From the NCBI GenBank assembly GCA_963828195.1, contig CAWHDT010000003.1, positions 1 to 64,000 on the forward strand: a stretch of DNA of 64,000 nt, written 5' to 3'. The notes below the pieces were generated by a model. That model was not told where the DNA came from, ran no database searches, and worked only from the letters and a program-made list of their open reading frames with translations. The position numbers and the translations under genes were made by a program. Below, piece by piece: positions 46,695-59,881 of this stretch (within the stretch, counting starts at the first letter, position 1; every line of letters begins with the position of its first letter). This DNA comes from Candidatus Bathyarchaeota archaeon (GTDB taxonomy: Archaea > Thermoproteota > Bathyarchaeia > Bathyarchaeales > Bathycorpusculaceae).

Positions 46695-47675
46695 ATGGCT
46701 GTTAAAACAACCCCTGACTACATTGACTTGCTGAACCGAGCGGTTGAACGTGAAATCCAAGTTTCACTTCAGTACATGCTTCAGCACGCCAAAATGGAAA
46801 AGCTCGTGCGTAGAGTTATCCCTGAAAACATCCTTCTGGACAAAACCACCTACGACGCGGTTGGAAAGTTCCTGCGAGAAATCGCCATTCAAGAAATGAA
46901 ACATGCCGCAAGCATAATTGAGCGCATTTACTATCTTGGTGGACAAGCAACAACAAAATCGGGTAAAGTCACTATTGGCGACAGCTTAAGCGAATTTGCC
47001 CAATTAGGCGTCAAAGCTGAAGAAGAAGCCTTAACCCTTTATCGGCAAATCATCGAGACGGCAGGAAAAATGGGCGATTGGGAAACACGCGAGCTTTTCG
47101 AGAAAATCTACGGCGAAGAAGAAGGGCACTTATTCAAATTCCAAGAGTACACAAAGTTCCAAGACGAGAAAGATGAGCCGAGCAAAATGCCGATGGACGA
47201 TTGGCGTAAAATATACACAGACGACTACTTTACACTCTTAAACAAGGCTGTCTCAGGCGAAATCACCGGAATCATCCAGTACACGAATCAACATGAGAAA
47301 ATGGCTTTCATGGAGCTCCGAAGGAAAAATACGCCGTTAGAAACTGTCACTGAAACTAACTATGCTGCGGTTGCAAGCAAAATACTCAAGGGCGTCTTTA
47401 TGCAAGAAATGGACCATCTAGAAAAAATCAGTGAACGGATTTACTTACTTGAAGGCGAAGCAGCAATTAAACCAGATCCACTGCCAGTCATAGGCGAATC
47501 ACCTTTAGATTTCATGAAGTTGGATCACGCATTAGAAAGCACCACAATATCGCTATATCGACAAATCATCGCTGAAGCACTTAAACGCGGCGACACAACC
47601 ACAAGACGACTGTTTGAAGACATAATACTCCAAGAAGAAGACCACTACTGGACATTCGACGATTACGTAAAATAA
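46695..47675 (+). CDS. Tandem two-domain bacterioferritin-like protein
   Basis: Two copies of LN.A...E...QY..H, EM.H...ERIY.L and Y..I...GD..TR.LFE.I...EE.H. Confidence 0.85.
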   Translation: MAVKTTPDYIDLLNRAVEREIQVSLQYMLQHAKMEKLVRRVIPENILLDKTTYDAVGKFLREIAIQEMKHAASIIERIYYLGGQATTKSGKVTIGDSLSEFAQLGVKAEEEALTLYRQIIETAGKMGDWETRELFEKIYGEEEGHLFKFQEYTKFQDEKDEPSKMPMDDWRKIYTDDYFTLLNKAVSGEITGIIQYTNQHEKMAFMELRRKNTPLETVTETNYAAVASKILKGVFMQEMDHLEKISERIYLLEGEAAIKPDPLPVIGESPLDFMKLDHALESTTISLYRQIIAEALKRGDTTTRRLFEDIILQEEDHYWTFDDYVK

Positions 47676-47761
47676 AACAAAACCCCTCTCTTTCCTTTAG
47701 TTTGAAATTTCATGGCGGTTTTCTCCGAAACCTTAATTCCACAGATTCAGCAACAGTAAAT

Positions 47762-47917
47762 ATGGCAGAGGCGAAGAATGTGACAGAAAAAAATAAGCCT
47801 CGTTGCATGAACTGCGGACATTTTATCGACGACTGCAACTGCGTTTGCCCATACTGTGGGGAAACCGTGAAATGCACTTGCTGTATAGGAACCGATAAAG
47901 CATCAGGCGGCGGCTAA
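47762..47917 (+). CDS. Small Cys-rich protein
   Basis: CMNCG..CNCVCPYCG..CTCC..GGG. Confidence 0.6.
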   Translation: MAEAKNVTEKNKPRCMNCGHFIDDCNCVCPYCGETVKCTCCIGTDKASGGG

Positions 47918-47957
47918 ACCGTCTACTTAACAAAAAAATTGTTCAAAGGGAAACAAA

Positions 47958-50835
<2,878 letters not shown>

Positions 50836-50846
50836 AAAAATGGCTG

Positions 50847-50862
50847 GCCTCTTAAAAGAGGC
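50847..50862 (+). terminator. Short hairpin after korB
   Basis: gcctctt-aa-aagaggc followed by a pyrimidine-rich tract. Confidence 0.35.
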
Positions 50863-51215
50863 GTAAAAAGCTTTCCTTTCTCCTCGATCCTTCTCAAACA
50901 AGATTAGTCAAAACTGCTTATAAACCGCTATTGCCACAATTGACATATGTCTAAAAGTGCTTTACTTCGGTTTTCTTTCTGACTCGTTGAAACAGTTTGC
51001 ATTTGCCCAAATTTTGTGCCTTATTTTTTGGGATTGACCAAGAAATGAGCGAGGATGGGCATCTTGTTTTAATTATATTTTGGCACAAGCCTTAACCCTA
51101 CTAGTTTTTAGTCGATTACGGGTTTTTTTGTGGAAAAAAGGCTTTTTTGGATTATTTTATTTGCTCTTTTTTGTTTATTTTCTATGGGAACTATTATTGT
51201 CTCTATAGGCTATAT

Positions 51216-51294
51216 TTGCAATTTGATGTGGAAACAATTTATATATGCGCTAAATGTAGTGTGTGGATAAGAACGTTGACACTATGAGATGTCC
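51216..51294 (+). promoter_or_regulatory. NrdR-box-like sites bracketing the TATA box of the nrdR-nrdD-nrdG cluster
   Basis: gcgctaaatgtagtgt (51247) fits acaCwAtATaTwGtgt; weaker matches at 51216 and 51279 (31 and 32 bp spacing); tttatata at 51238. Confidence 0.6.
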
Positions 51295-51730
51295 CTACTG
51301 CAACTCTGAAAACTCCAAAACTTTGGAAACACGTGATTCTCCAGATAACACTACACGCAGACGCAGAGAATGCGTCAGTTGCGGAAAACGCTTCACGACC
51401 TACGAGTACGTGGAAACCGTGGAGATTATGGTTAGAAAAAAAGACGAGCGGCTCGAACGCTTCGACGTCAACAAGATAATCCGTGGCTTGCAGAAAGCAT
51501 GCGAGAAAAGACCTGTAACCATGAACCAAATCAACGAGTTAGCAGGACAAGTAAGACAGGATCTTATGCTTAAAGACGCCGAAGAAGTCTCATCGCAGGA
51601 AATCGGAGATTTAATAATGAAGTACCTGAAAAACGTGGATCGCATAGCGTACATTCGGTTTGCGTCTGTTTACAAAAAGTTTGAGGAGCCTGAAGATTTC
51701 AGGCGGTTACTCCTTGAGGTGAAAAAATGA
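51284..51730 (+). CDS. nrdR: Transcriptional repressor NrdR
   Basis: MRCPYC..RRRRECVSCGKRFTTYE, ATP cone, D.IAYIRFASVY. Confidence 0.95.
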   Translation: MRCPYCNSENSKTLETRDSPDNTTRRRRECVSCGKRFTTYEYVETVEIMVRKKDERLERFDVNKIIRGLQKACEKRPVTMNQINELAGQVRQDLMLKDAEEVSSQEIGDLIMKYLKNVDRIAYIRFASVYKKFEEPEDFRRLLLEVKK

Positions 51731-53853
51731 AGTTTGTATTAAAACGTGATAGTAAATTAGAAACCTTCGACCAAGAACGTATAGCAAACGCCATTTGGAA
51801 AGCCGCTAAAGCTGTAGGCGGAACGGATAAAGAGCTTGCAAAACGCTTAAGCGACGAAGTAGTGGCGGAGCTGCAAAAAACTTACGGCGACGATGGAGTA
51901 CCCACAGTTGAGGAAATCCAAGATGTCGTTGAAAAACGCTTGATTGAAAACGGCAACGCACAGACGGCGAAAGCCTACATTCTCTACAGAAAACAGCACA
52001 CTGACATGCGTGAGTTAGCCGCATTGCTTAGTTCCTCAGACATGGTGGATCAGTACCTTGAGGTTGAGGATTGGCGGGTTAAAGAAAACAGCAACATGAG
52101 CTATTCCCTGCAGGGGTTAAACAATTACCTCTCATCCACTGTGATAGCTAAGTACTGGATATCAAGGATTTATCCCCAGAACATTGCTGATGCACACTTC
52201 TCCGGCGACATGCACATCCACGACTTAGGCGTGCTGGGCGCATACTGTGTCGGCTGGGACATAAGCGAATTGTTACTCGCAGGCTTCGGAGGAGTTTCAG
52301 GTAAAATAGAAAGCAAACCAGCCAAACACTTCCGAACTGCACTAGGCCAAGTCGTAAACTTCTTCTATACGTTGCAAGGTGAAGCGGCGGGTGCGCAAGC
52401 TTTCAGTAACTTTGACACTTACCTTGCCCCATTCATAAGATATGACCATCTTAATCAGAAGGAAGTTGAGCAGGCGCTTCAGGAATTCTTCTTCAACATG
52501 AACGTGCCGACCCGCGTGGGCTTCCAAACACCCTTCACCAATTTGACGCTAGATTTGACTGTACCTGACTTCATGAAAAACGAGGCGGTTCTATTCAACG
52601 GAAAAGTAACTCAAGACACCTACGGCGACATGACTAAGGAAATGGAAATGTTCAATTTAGCCTTCGCTGAAGGCATGCGACAAGGCGACTCTAAAGGCAG
52701 AGTATTCACTTTCCCGATACCGACGTACAACATCACTAAAGACTTCAATTGGGATTCACCCGTTGCCCAAGCGATCTTTGAAGTTACAGCCAAATATGGG
52801 GTGCCGTACTTTTCAAACTTCGTTAACAGCGACATGAAGCCTGAAGATGTACGCAGCATGTGCTGCCGCCTGAGAATAGATAACCGTGAGTTACGCAAGC
52901 GAGGCGGAGGATTCTTCGGCGCTAACCCGTTAACAGGCAGCATAGGCGTCGTCACACTTAACATTCCAAGAATCGGCTATTTATCCAAAGACGAAGATGA
53001 ATTCTTCGAGCGGCTAGAAACACTGATGGAAACCGCCAAATCAAGTTTAGAAATCAAACGCAAAGTGCTTGAAGCCTTCACAGACAACGGCTTATACCCG
53101 TATTCCCGCCGTTACCTGCGCCACGTGAAAGAAAACTACGGCAAATTCTGGAAGAACCACTTCTCCACCATAGGCATAGTCGGCATTAACGAGGCAATCA
53201 TAAACCTGCTGGGACAAAATATCGCGACGAAGGATGGACAAGCATTCGCCGTTAAAATGTTAGATTTCATGCGCAGCCGCTTAGCTGATTACCAAGAGGA
53301 AACAGGCTGCATCTACAATCTTGAAGCAACTCCCGCTGAAGGCACGTCGTATAGGCTAGCCCGCATAGACAAACGCCGATACAAAGACATCATATTCGCC
53401 AACCAAAAACAAGTACAAACTGAACATGCAGAACCATTCTACACAAACTCCTCCCAGCTACCCGTTGATTTCGCAGGAGACCTCTTTGAAGCTCTTGAGC
53501 ACCAGGAAACTCTTCAGACACTCTACACTGGAGGCACCGTGTTTCACATTTTTCTCGGCGAGCGACTTAACTCGTGGAAAGCAGCCGCTGAACTCATCAA
53601 AAAAGTCGCTTGGAACTCAAAGCTCCCCTACTTCACGCTGACACCCACATTCAGTGTTTGCCCAACACATGGCTACACTAACGGCGAACACAAAATCTGC
53701 CCAACCTGCGGAGCGAACTGCGAAGTTTACTCAAGAGTAGTCGGGTACCTGCGACCTGTTGACCAGTGGAACGATGGAAAACAAGCCGAATTCGCGATGC
53801 GCAAAACCTTCGATAGATCAACCGTCACGGTTTCGACGCCCTTAACATCGTAA
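51727..53853 (+). CDS. nrdD: Anaerobic (class III) ribonucleoside-triphosphate reductase
   Basis: ATP cone, HIHDL, SMCCRL, EATPAE and YSRVVGYLRP glycyl-radical loop. Confidence 0.95.
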   Translation: MKFVLKRDSKLETFDQERIANAIWKAAKAVGGTDKELAKRLSDEVVAELQKTYGDDGVPTVEEIQDVVEKRLIENGNAQTAKAYILYRKQHTDMRELAALLSSSDMVDQYLEVEDWRVKENSNMSYSLQGLNNYLSSTVIAKYWISRIYPQNIADAHFSGDMHIHDLGVLGAYCVGWDISELLLAGFGGVSGKIESKPAKHFRTALGQVVNFFYTLQGEAAGAQAFSNFDTYLAPFIRYDHLNQKEVEQALQEFFFNMNVPTRVGFQTPFTNLTLDLTVPDFMKNEAVLFNGKVTQDTYGDMTKEMEMFNLAFAEGMRQGDSKGRVFTFPIPTYNITKDFNWDSPVAQAIFEVTAKYGVPYFSNFVNSDMKPEDVRSMCCRLRIDNRELRKRGGGFFGANPLTGSIGVVTLNIPRIGYLSKDEDEFFERLETLMETAKSSLEIKRKVLEAFTDNGLYPYSRRYLRHVKENYGKFWKNHFSTIGIVGINEAIINLLGQNIATKDGQAFAVKMLDFMRSRLADYQEETGCIYNLEATPAEGTSYRLARIDKRRYKDIIFANQKQVQTEHAEPFYTNSSQLPVDFAGDLFEALEHQETLQTLYTGGTVFHIFLGERLNSWKAAAELIKKVAWNSKLPYFTLTPTFSVCPTHGYTNGEHKICPTCGANCEVYSRVVGYLRPVDQWNDGKQAEFAMRKTFDRSTVTVSTPLTS

Positions 53854-53860
53854 GAGTGAA

Positions 53861-54544
53861 ATGAACATGAAGTTTTGCGGATTACAAAAAACAAGCCTTC
53901 TGGACTACCCGGATAAAGTAGCCAGCGTGCTGTTTACTCCAGGCTGCAACCTGCGCTGCCCCTTCTGTCATAACTGGCGCATAGCGGTCGATCCGCAGCC
54001 GCCGTTTCTGCAGGAAGCCGCTGCACTGGAAATTTTGGAGAGTCGCAAAAAATACGTTGACGCAGTAGTGGTGACTGGGGGGGAACCATGCATGCATAAA
54101 GAGCTGCCGAAGTTCCTCGCTAAACTTAAGGAGCGCGGCTTTATGGTTAAGTTGGATACGAACGGGTTCTACCCTGAAGTTCTTGAGGAATGCTTGGGCT
54201 GCGTGGACTACGTGGCTATGGACGTGAAAACATGCAGAGAAAAATACAAGCTGCTGGGTGCAAAGGACACCTCTGGGCTTATGCGAACCATGGAAATCCT
54301 AAAAACAGGCAAGGTACCCTACGAGTTCAGGACAACGGTTGTGCCAGAAATAGTTACAGCGCAGGACGCTACATGCATCGGCGAACTCGTGAAAGGCTCA
54401 AAAAACCATGCACTCCAACAATTCATCCCGCAAGATACGCTTGATAAAAGATTCCAAACCCTCAAGCCCTACACGCCAGAAACAATAAGCGAATTCGCGG
54501 AAATAATACGCAGATACACAGAAAACATCTCGCTTCGCCTCTAA
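53861..54544 (+). CDS. nrdG: Anaerobic RNR activating radical SAM enzyme
   Basis: GCNLRCPFCHN, TGGEP, KLDTNG and YEFRTT motifs. Confidence 0.92.
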   Translation: MNMKFCGLQKTSLLDYPDKVASVLFTPGCNLRCPFCHNWRIAVDPQPPFLQEAAALEILESRKKYVDAVVVTGGEPCMHKELPKFLAKLKERGFMVKLDTNGFYPEVLEECLGCVDYVAMDVKTCREKYKLLGAKDTSGLMRTMEILKTGKVPYEFRTTVVPEIVTAQDATCIGELVKGSKNHALQQFIPQDTLDKRFQTLKPYTPETISEFAEIIRRYTENISLRL

Positions 54545-54657
54545 TTCCACAAAAATCCCCAAGCTTCCAATCCGAGCAATCGACAAAAAAATTGTGACAG
54601 CTAAATCGAAAAATGAAAACCCTTCAAATGACTCACTTTATTTACTGAAAAACTTTT

Positions 54658-55692
54658 ATGTCAACAAGCACTTGTAGGTTTATGGTTAAATTTCTTTCCT
54701 GCACTGAACTGTACGAAGTGATTCAACAGAAATCCTCAGAGGCAAAAGAGGTTTTATGGGTTTGTTCTCCAGAACTTGGAACAGGCGCCCACAAGGTTTT
54801 CTCGCAGGAAATCCTAAAAAACCCGCCGTCGAACATTCGATTTGTCTTTCGGCTTAATGACACAGCAATCAAGCGAGGCGAAACCGATCCTTACGAAATA
54901 CAGTACTTTATTGAGCACTTTAAAGACTGCAGCATAAAATCCTGTGACATTTTCGACTCAAATATTTACATTTTTGATGATTCTGCGTTGATAACATCAG
55001 CAAACTTGGCGGTAACTGCATTTGAACGCAATCTTGAAGCGGGCGTTTTGCTTGAGGGTTCAGAATTAGGTGAAATCAAACGTTACTTTGAAGAAATTCT
55101 TTGGGCAAATGCAAAACCGATAGGTGACTTGAGGAAACTTAAGAAAACGTGGAATTTAACCCAAAAAACCAGGGCAAACGAAACTGTGAACAAGATTAAA
55201 CCTCATACCAAAATCAAAGATTGGACAGACGACTATGTTAATGCATGGTACATTGCTGTTCCAAATCGGATGACCGCGAAGACTGAACAGAAGGTAAAGA
55301 AGGAAGAAGGTTGGGCAAAGGAACTTTTACTGGTGGGGGATATTGGTTATAATGCCTTTAAGCAATTAAAACTCGGTGACTTAACATATTTAGCCAACCT
55401 ATACAAGAAAACTGGTAAAATAGAGGTTGAGTCAGCAAGAGTATTTGACAAAGGCAAGGTGGAAACTGACGAAGGCGACTTGCATGTTGCATGCCAAATT
55501 CAGAAAAACTATATCCTTGAACGCGAACAGTTTTATGAACTTTTAAAAAACATGAATATCCACTCAAGAACCTGCGAAACAACACTTAACCAAGAACAAT
55601 TAAATCAACTAAACCTCACGCTCTCGACAATAAAGCACAAAAGAAAAAGAAAACAAAAAACTAAGGAAAAAAAGAATTTAACAAAAAAATAG
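54658..55692 (+). CDS. Phospholipase D-like nuclease-domain protein with a degenerate HKD motif
   Basis: VCSP, FDSNIYIFDD..ITSANL..N.EAGV..F..LW; the HxK residues are replaced. Confidence 0.65.
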   Translation: MSTSTCRFMVKFLSCTELYEVIQQKSSEAKEVLWVCSPELGTGAHKVFSQEILKNPPSNIRFVFRLNDTAIKRGETDPYEIQYFIEHFKDCSIKSCDIFDSNIYIFDDSALITSANLAVTAFERNLEAGVLLEGSELGEIKRYFEEILWANAKPIGDLRKLKKTWNLTQKTRANETVNKIKPHTKIKDWTDDYVNAWYIAVPNRMTAKTEQKVKKEEGWAKELLLVGDIGYNAFKQLKLGDLTYLANLYKKTGKIEVESARVFDKGKVETDEGDLHVACQIQKNYILEREQFYELLKNMNIHSRTCETTLNQEQLNQLNLTLSTIKHKRKRKQKTKEKKNLTKK

Positions 55693-55743
55693 GCTCACGG
55701 AGCAAACTGAAATTCTCAAAGTTCAATAGTAGCGATAATGCAA

Positions 55744-56127
55744 CTATAGTGGGTAGAGTTCTAACCCGATGTCTTTGAGGGTCTCGAAGTGTTTTAGGTT
55801 AAATGTGCAAAGTTTTGCTCCATGGTTAATAGTTATGGCTGCAATCATGGCATCAGTTCTGCCCGCGGCTTTTCCTTTCTTTTCAACTTCTAGCTCAATT
55901 TTGCTTGATAGAACCGCATCATTTTTTATGTAGCTTAGAATTGGAAGCAAAAGAAGTTCTTTAACTGGTTTGCCGTATTTGTTTAAGCCGAACAAAACTT
56001 CGTGAAGGCTAATCACCGTAGTTGCTATTTCTTCGCCGCTTTCAATGATCTGTTTAAGAGCTTTGTCGCCTTTTGCGGATTTGCGGTCTAAAATCTCGAT
56101 CAAGACATCTGAATCAATGACTATCAA
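55744..56127 (-). CDS. vapC: VapC PIN-domain toxin
   Basis: IDSDVLI, E, DAMIAA and TFNLKHF motifs. Confidence 0.88.
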   Translation of the reverse strand: MIVIDSDVLIEILDRKSAKGDKALKQIIESGEEIATTVISLHEVLFGLNKYGKPVKELLLLPILSYIKNDAVLSSKIELEVEKKGKAAGRTDAMIAAITINHGAKLCTFNLKHFETLKDIGLELYPL

Positions 56128-56336
56128 CTTCTGTTTTCCGCTCTTTTGGAGTAAAGTTCTGCAATCATCATTTCTTTATCCTTGAATTCAACTCTGCCTC
56201 TAAGTTTCTTTAACGTCTCTGCAGGCGATGTGCACTCAACCAGCCGATCAAATAATTCGCTAAAGCTCTCATCTTTTCCCTTGATGGTTAACAGTTTCCC
56301 ATAGACTTCGTCTCTAATGGTGATAGTTTTTACCAT
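56124..56336 (-). CDS. vapB: VapB antitoxin (DUF217-like)
   Basis: KTITIRDEVY.KL..K..ESFSE; 4-nt overlap with vapC. Confidence 0.85.
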   Translation of the reverse strand: MVKTITIRDEVYGKLLTIKGKDESFSELFDRLVECTSPAETLKKLRGRVEFKDKEMMIAELYSKRAENRS

Positions 56337-56660
56337 AAACGACCCAAAAAAATGACTGTTTAAACATACATTTAAACGTATTCAGAATACAACTGCAATA
56401 ATTCTTTCCTATTTAAAGTCAACCTAAAAATTTTAGGTCGGACAGCACACTGGGCTCTAAAACACCTGTCACTGTGCAGGCTCTCCCAGACGTTTTTCAG
56501 CTCAGATGCTGATGCGCCAAAAACGTGTTTTTTTGGGGGGTTTAACAAACGCTTTTTTATATGGTTGAATTATTGGATTGTCTAAAGGGGCGAGAGGCTG
56601 TCGATTAAACAAACAAGCACACTGCAAGATGCAAAACAAAATTCGGCTAGCCCCTCAGTC

Positions 56661-58259
56661 ATGCTTCGCCTAAAACTCGCCGTAAAAGCCAACAAGTGGC
56701 GGCTGATTTTCCTGTGCTTCGCAGTAATCTACGCTTATCTGGCTACGTTAAGCCTGGGGTTTATGTCGCCGCAGTGGGATGAGATGCCCCATTTGTACGG
56801 CGCACTGCTTTTAACTAGGGGGCAAACCCAATCTTATTTGACGACATACGGGTATTACCCGCCGCTTTTAGACATCCTTACCGCTGGGTACATACGGCTT
56901 TTCGGCGCAACCGCCGTGGCGGGACGACTGGTCTCCGTAACTTTTGCGTTGCTGGCACTGTGGGCTGTTTTCGAGTTCTGCAAAAAAATATATGGACCCC
57001 GAAATGCGTTAATCGCAAGTATTTTGCTTGGCACGATGCCCGGGTTCTTTTGGCTTTCAAGAATAACTCTGCTAGAAACAATGCTCATATTCTTTTTCAC
57101 GCTTGTAATGCTCTTTTTTTACTCTTGGATCACTGAGAACAAAAACAAAGCACTTCTTTTGAGCGCTGTAGCCCTCGGGATAGGGATTCTTGCCGAATAC
57201 GAAATTCTAGTTGCAGCCGTCGCAATGGTGATAAGCGTCCTGTTCTTCTGCAGAAAAAAATTGAAGATAAGCATGACCAAGCTCATAATTCTACTTATAA
57301 TAGTAGCTGTCGTGGCGGCTCCTTGGTTTATAATGGTGTTCCAAGCTGACGGCGCAACAAAATTTCAAACTTTAGAGTATGTCATACAGAGCGGCGACCA
57401 AAACCGCCCAGTGTACAGCAACCGATTTTTTACTCCAGTCTTCTACCTGATTGAAATGACTTGGCCCTTCAACGGCGTCCCCGTTAACCCCATCTCGCTG
57501 CCCATCTTCATTTTAGGACTATGCGGTTTAGGCTTGTTTGCTTACCGAAGAAAAAAACAAGACGTCTTCTTACTTACATGGTTCATGGCGGTTTATGTTT
57601 TCTTCACTCTTATTCCGAACAGGCAATGGCGCTACGTGACCCCGCTTTTCCCGATTTTAGCTATTTCCGCAGCCTGCTTCATCATGTTTCTCTACGGCCA
57701 AATTCAAGCGTGGAAACCCCAGCATATGGGTCTTGGCAGAGAACGCTACAGGAAGCTGGCAGGGGCACTTTTCCTTGTTCTTGTGGCGTCAACGGTTTTT
57801 TACAGCGGCTACAATGCGTATCAGATGACTGCACGCGACGAAATCGGTATCCCGATACAGCAGGCAACAGATTACCTGGCTGGGCATATGACGCAGAACC
57901 AGTCGGCAGTGATTGTTTGCGCCTTCAACCTTTTAGATCAAGACATGTTCCGATTTTATTTGCCTGCAAACATGTCGGAGTACCAGATTTGGCAGTATCC
58001 AGAACTTGCGGTTGACGCTTACACCCCGAATTTTAACGTAACAGAATTTGTTAACCTGTGCGAACAAAACAACGTCAAATACATAATTCTCTACGATTAC
58101 GGAGCCAACACACAGTTCTACAACACAACATTAACCTACGCAAATATACTTCAGATGATTTTCGCCACTGGAAGATTCGGCGTCCCCACAGACCAGCCCT
58201 TCTTCGGCCAAATGCCAAACAGGCTTTTCCTAGTCCGCTTCAACCAAACCCAAACCTAA
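56661..58259 (+). CDS. GT-C fold glycosyltransferase (GT39/PMT_2, ArnT-like)
   Basis: WDE, YPPL, multiple TM helices, WRY..PL.P. Confidence 0.8.
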   Translation: MLRLKLAVKANKWRLIFLCFAVIYAYLATLSLGFMSPQWDEMPHLYGALLLTRGQTQSYLTTYGYYPPLLDILTAGYIRLFGATAVAGRLVSVTFALLALWAVFEFCKKIYGPRNALIASILLGTMPGFFWLSRITLLETMLIFFFTLVMLFFYSWITENKNKALLLSAVALGIGILAEYEILVAAVAMVISVLFFCRKKLKISMTKLIILLIIVAVVAAPWFIMVFQADGATKFQTLEYVIQSGDQNRPVYSNRFFTPVFYLIEMTWPFNGVPVNPISLPIFILGLCGLGLFAYRRKKQDVFLLTWFMAVYVFFTLIPNRQWRYVTPLFPILAISAACFIMFLYGQIQAWKPQHMGLGRERYRKLAGALFLVLVASTVFYSGYNAYQMTARDEIGIPIQQATDYLAGHMTQNQSAVIVCAFNLLDQDMFRFYLPANMSEYQIWQYPELAVDAYTPNFNVTEFVNLCEQNNVKYIILYDYGANTQFYNTTLTYANILQMIFATGRFGVPTDQPFFGQMPNRLFLVRFNQTQT

Positions 58260-58261
58260 CA

Positions 58262-58708
58262 CTAACCAACTTCTAAAAATTCAAAACCCGTATCCCTATC
58301 TTTTGCCCTTTTAGCTGAAGAACCAGCCAACTCCAAAATAACCACTTCGCCTATCTGCCATACATCAACACCCATACGCACGCAACCCGTAACAGCCGCG
58401 TCGTTTCTTCCAAAGCTTGCGTGCATATGCAGTTTCGGTTTACCTTGCTCATCCGCAAAGATTGTTCCTACACCGCAGGCTTCATGTACCCCCCTCAAAA
58501 GGGTAACCATCGGTTCAGGCGGAAGCGCCTTTCCATCTTTTGGCCCCACCACAACTTTGCTTTTGTCTTCTGCACCGCCTAAAAAAAAGCACAGCGCACT
58601 GGAGACGTGTTTTTCCGCAGCAAATTTTTCTATAATTTCGTGTAACCGTTCGCCTTGGTGGAGTCTAAGTATGAAGATTCTTCCTAGTTTAGCTTCGGTG
58701 TAGTTCAA
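58262..58708 (-). CDS. PPC/DUF296 putative DNA-binding protein
   Basis: GRIFILRL.QGE, E..GVGTI and HMHASFG motifs. Confidence 0.85.
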   Translation of the reverse strand: MNYTEAKLGRIFILRLHQGERLHEIIEKFAAEKHVSSALCFFLGGAEDKSKVVVGPKDGKALPPEPMVTLLRGVHEACGVGTIFADEQGKPKLHMHASFGRNDAAVTGCVRMGVDVWQIGEVVILELAGSSAKRAKDRDTGFEFLEVG

Positions 58709-58799
58709 GGGTTCAACCTCTTTTTAAACAAAAATGATTGATGGTCAAATATAAAAGACTTCAACTTTAGCAAAGTTGCTCGGGAAGAAGCCTGCTTGA

Positions 58800-58946
58800 T
58801 TATATTCTGTTTAAGTAGAGAATCTGTTCTGCGTCTTTTTTCCGTTTTTGCGTAGGCACGTTTGATGCGCTGCTGTCAGCTGCTATGACTGCGCTTTCGA
58901 TAGGCATCGGGCAGTCAAGGTGCCTCGCAACATTTTTCTGGGACAT
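58800..58946 (-). CDS. Possible 48-aa small protein (MSQKNVARHLDCPMP...)
   Basis: ATG at 58946 preceded by GAGGT and a TTTATAA box; below the ORF-track length cutoff. Confidence 0.35.
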   Translation of the reverse strand: MSQKNVARHLDCPMPIESAVIAADSSASNVPTQKRKKDAEQILYLNRI

Positions 58947-59235
58947 ATTTTTCAACCTCTTAAAGAATTCACCCAAACCAACATACTCCTTATAAACTTT
59001 ATCCCCGAGTTAAAAGCAACTTTATGAATCGATAAATTTATTGTAAACAACAATTAAGGCGACAACATTGATTAAGTTTAAAATAACATACAAAATAGCC
59101 GCTTAAAACGAAAGTTTAACGGCAAAACCCTTCGGCTTCTCATCTTTGCGCAATTTCATTCCTTGATAAATTTGTTCCTGAATCAAGTTTATCAACGTCA
59201 AAATTGGATTTTCCACGGGATACGAAATTTTTTCT

Positions 59236-59829
59236 TCAATGATTAAAACGCTGATTCTTCCAAACATCAGCGTTGTCGCTGTATCCACGTCGCTCCCAAA
59301 AGCCTAACTCTTTGTTGCGGGTAAACCGTAAACTTACGACCCACAAGGCGCTTTTGTACGCATACTTGTTTGGAACTACTAGGCGCACTGGAAAACCCAG
59401 CCCCTCATCCAACACTCTGTCATTAAGCTTATAAGCTAAAAGCACCTCGTCCCCGCGAAGCTCCTCTCGGAACAACGAAGTAGTGTAGGAGTCAGCGCAT
59501 TCAAAAGTTACACTTTTCGCCACCTCTTTAGGTTTAACCAGCTTCTCAATTTCTCGGATGTGCACGCCTTCCCACTTGCAGTCCACTACGCTCCAGCCTT
59601 CAACACAGTGGAAGTCGCTGATCGAGACGGTTTTGGGCAGCTTCATGAAGTCGTTCCAGCTAAGCTTCACTGGATTTTCTACTTCACCATCGACTGCCAA
59701 TGTATAAGTTTCAAGTTTAATTTTGGGGTTAGTTGAGGTTATGCCTGGATGGTCAGTGCCCCACTGCAAAATGTGGTCAGTAACCTGCTGGTTAGGCGGC
59801 AACTTCTTTTTCTTCGGTTCGCAAGACAA
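59236..59829 (-). CDS. Molybdopterin-dependent oxidoreductase (sulfite oxidase family, YuiH-like)
   Basis: LPPNQ, DFHCVEGWS..WEGV, GFPVRLVVP..Y.KS..W and GFWERRGY motifs. Confidence 0.88.
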   Translation of the reverse strand: MSCEPKKKKLPPNQQVTDHILQWGTDHPGITSTNPKIKLETYTLAVDGEVENPVKLSWNDFMKLPKTVSISDFHCVEGWSVVDCKWEGVHIREIEKLVKPKEVAKSVTFECADSYTTSLFREELRGDEVLLAYKLNDRVLDEGLGFPVRLVVPNKYAYKSALWVVSLRFTRNKELGFWERRGYSDNADVWKNQRFNH

Positions 59830-59881
59830 AAGTTATCCCAAGTTTAAAATGGGTTTACAAAGAGAAAAAGTTTGCTTTACT

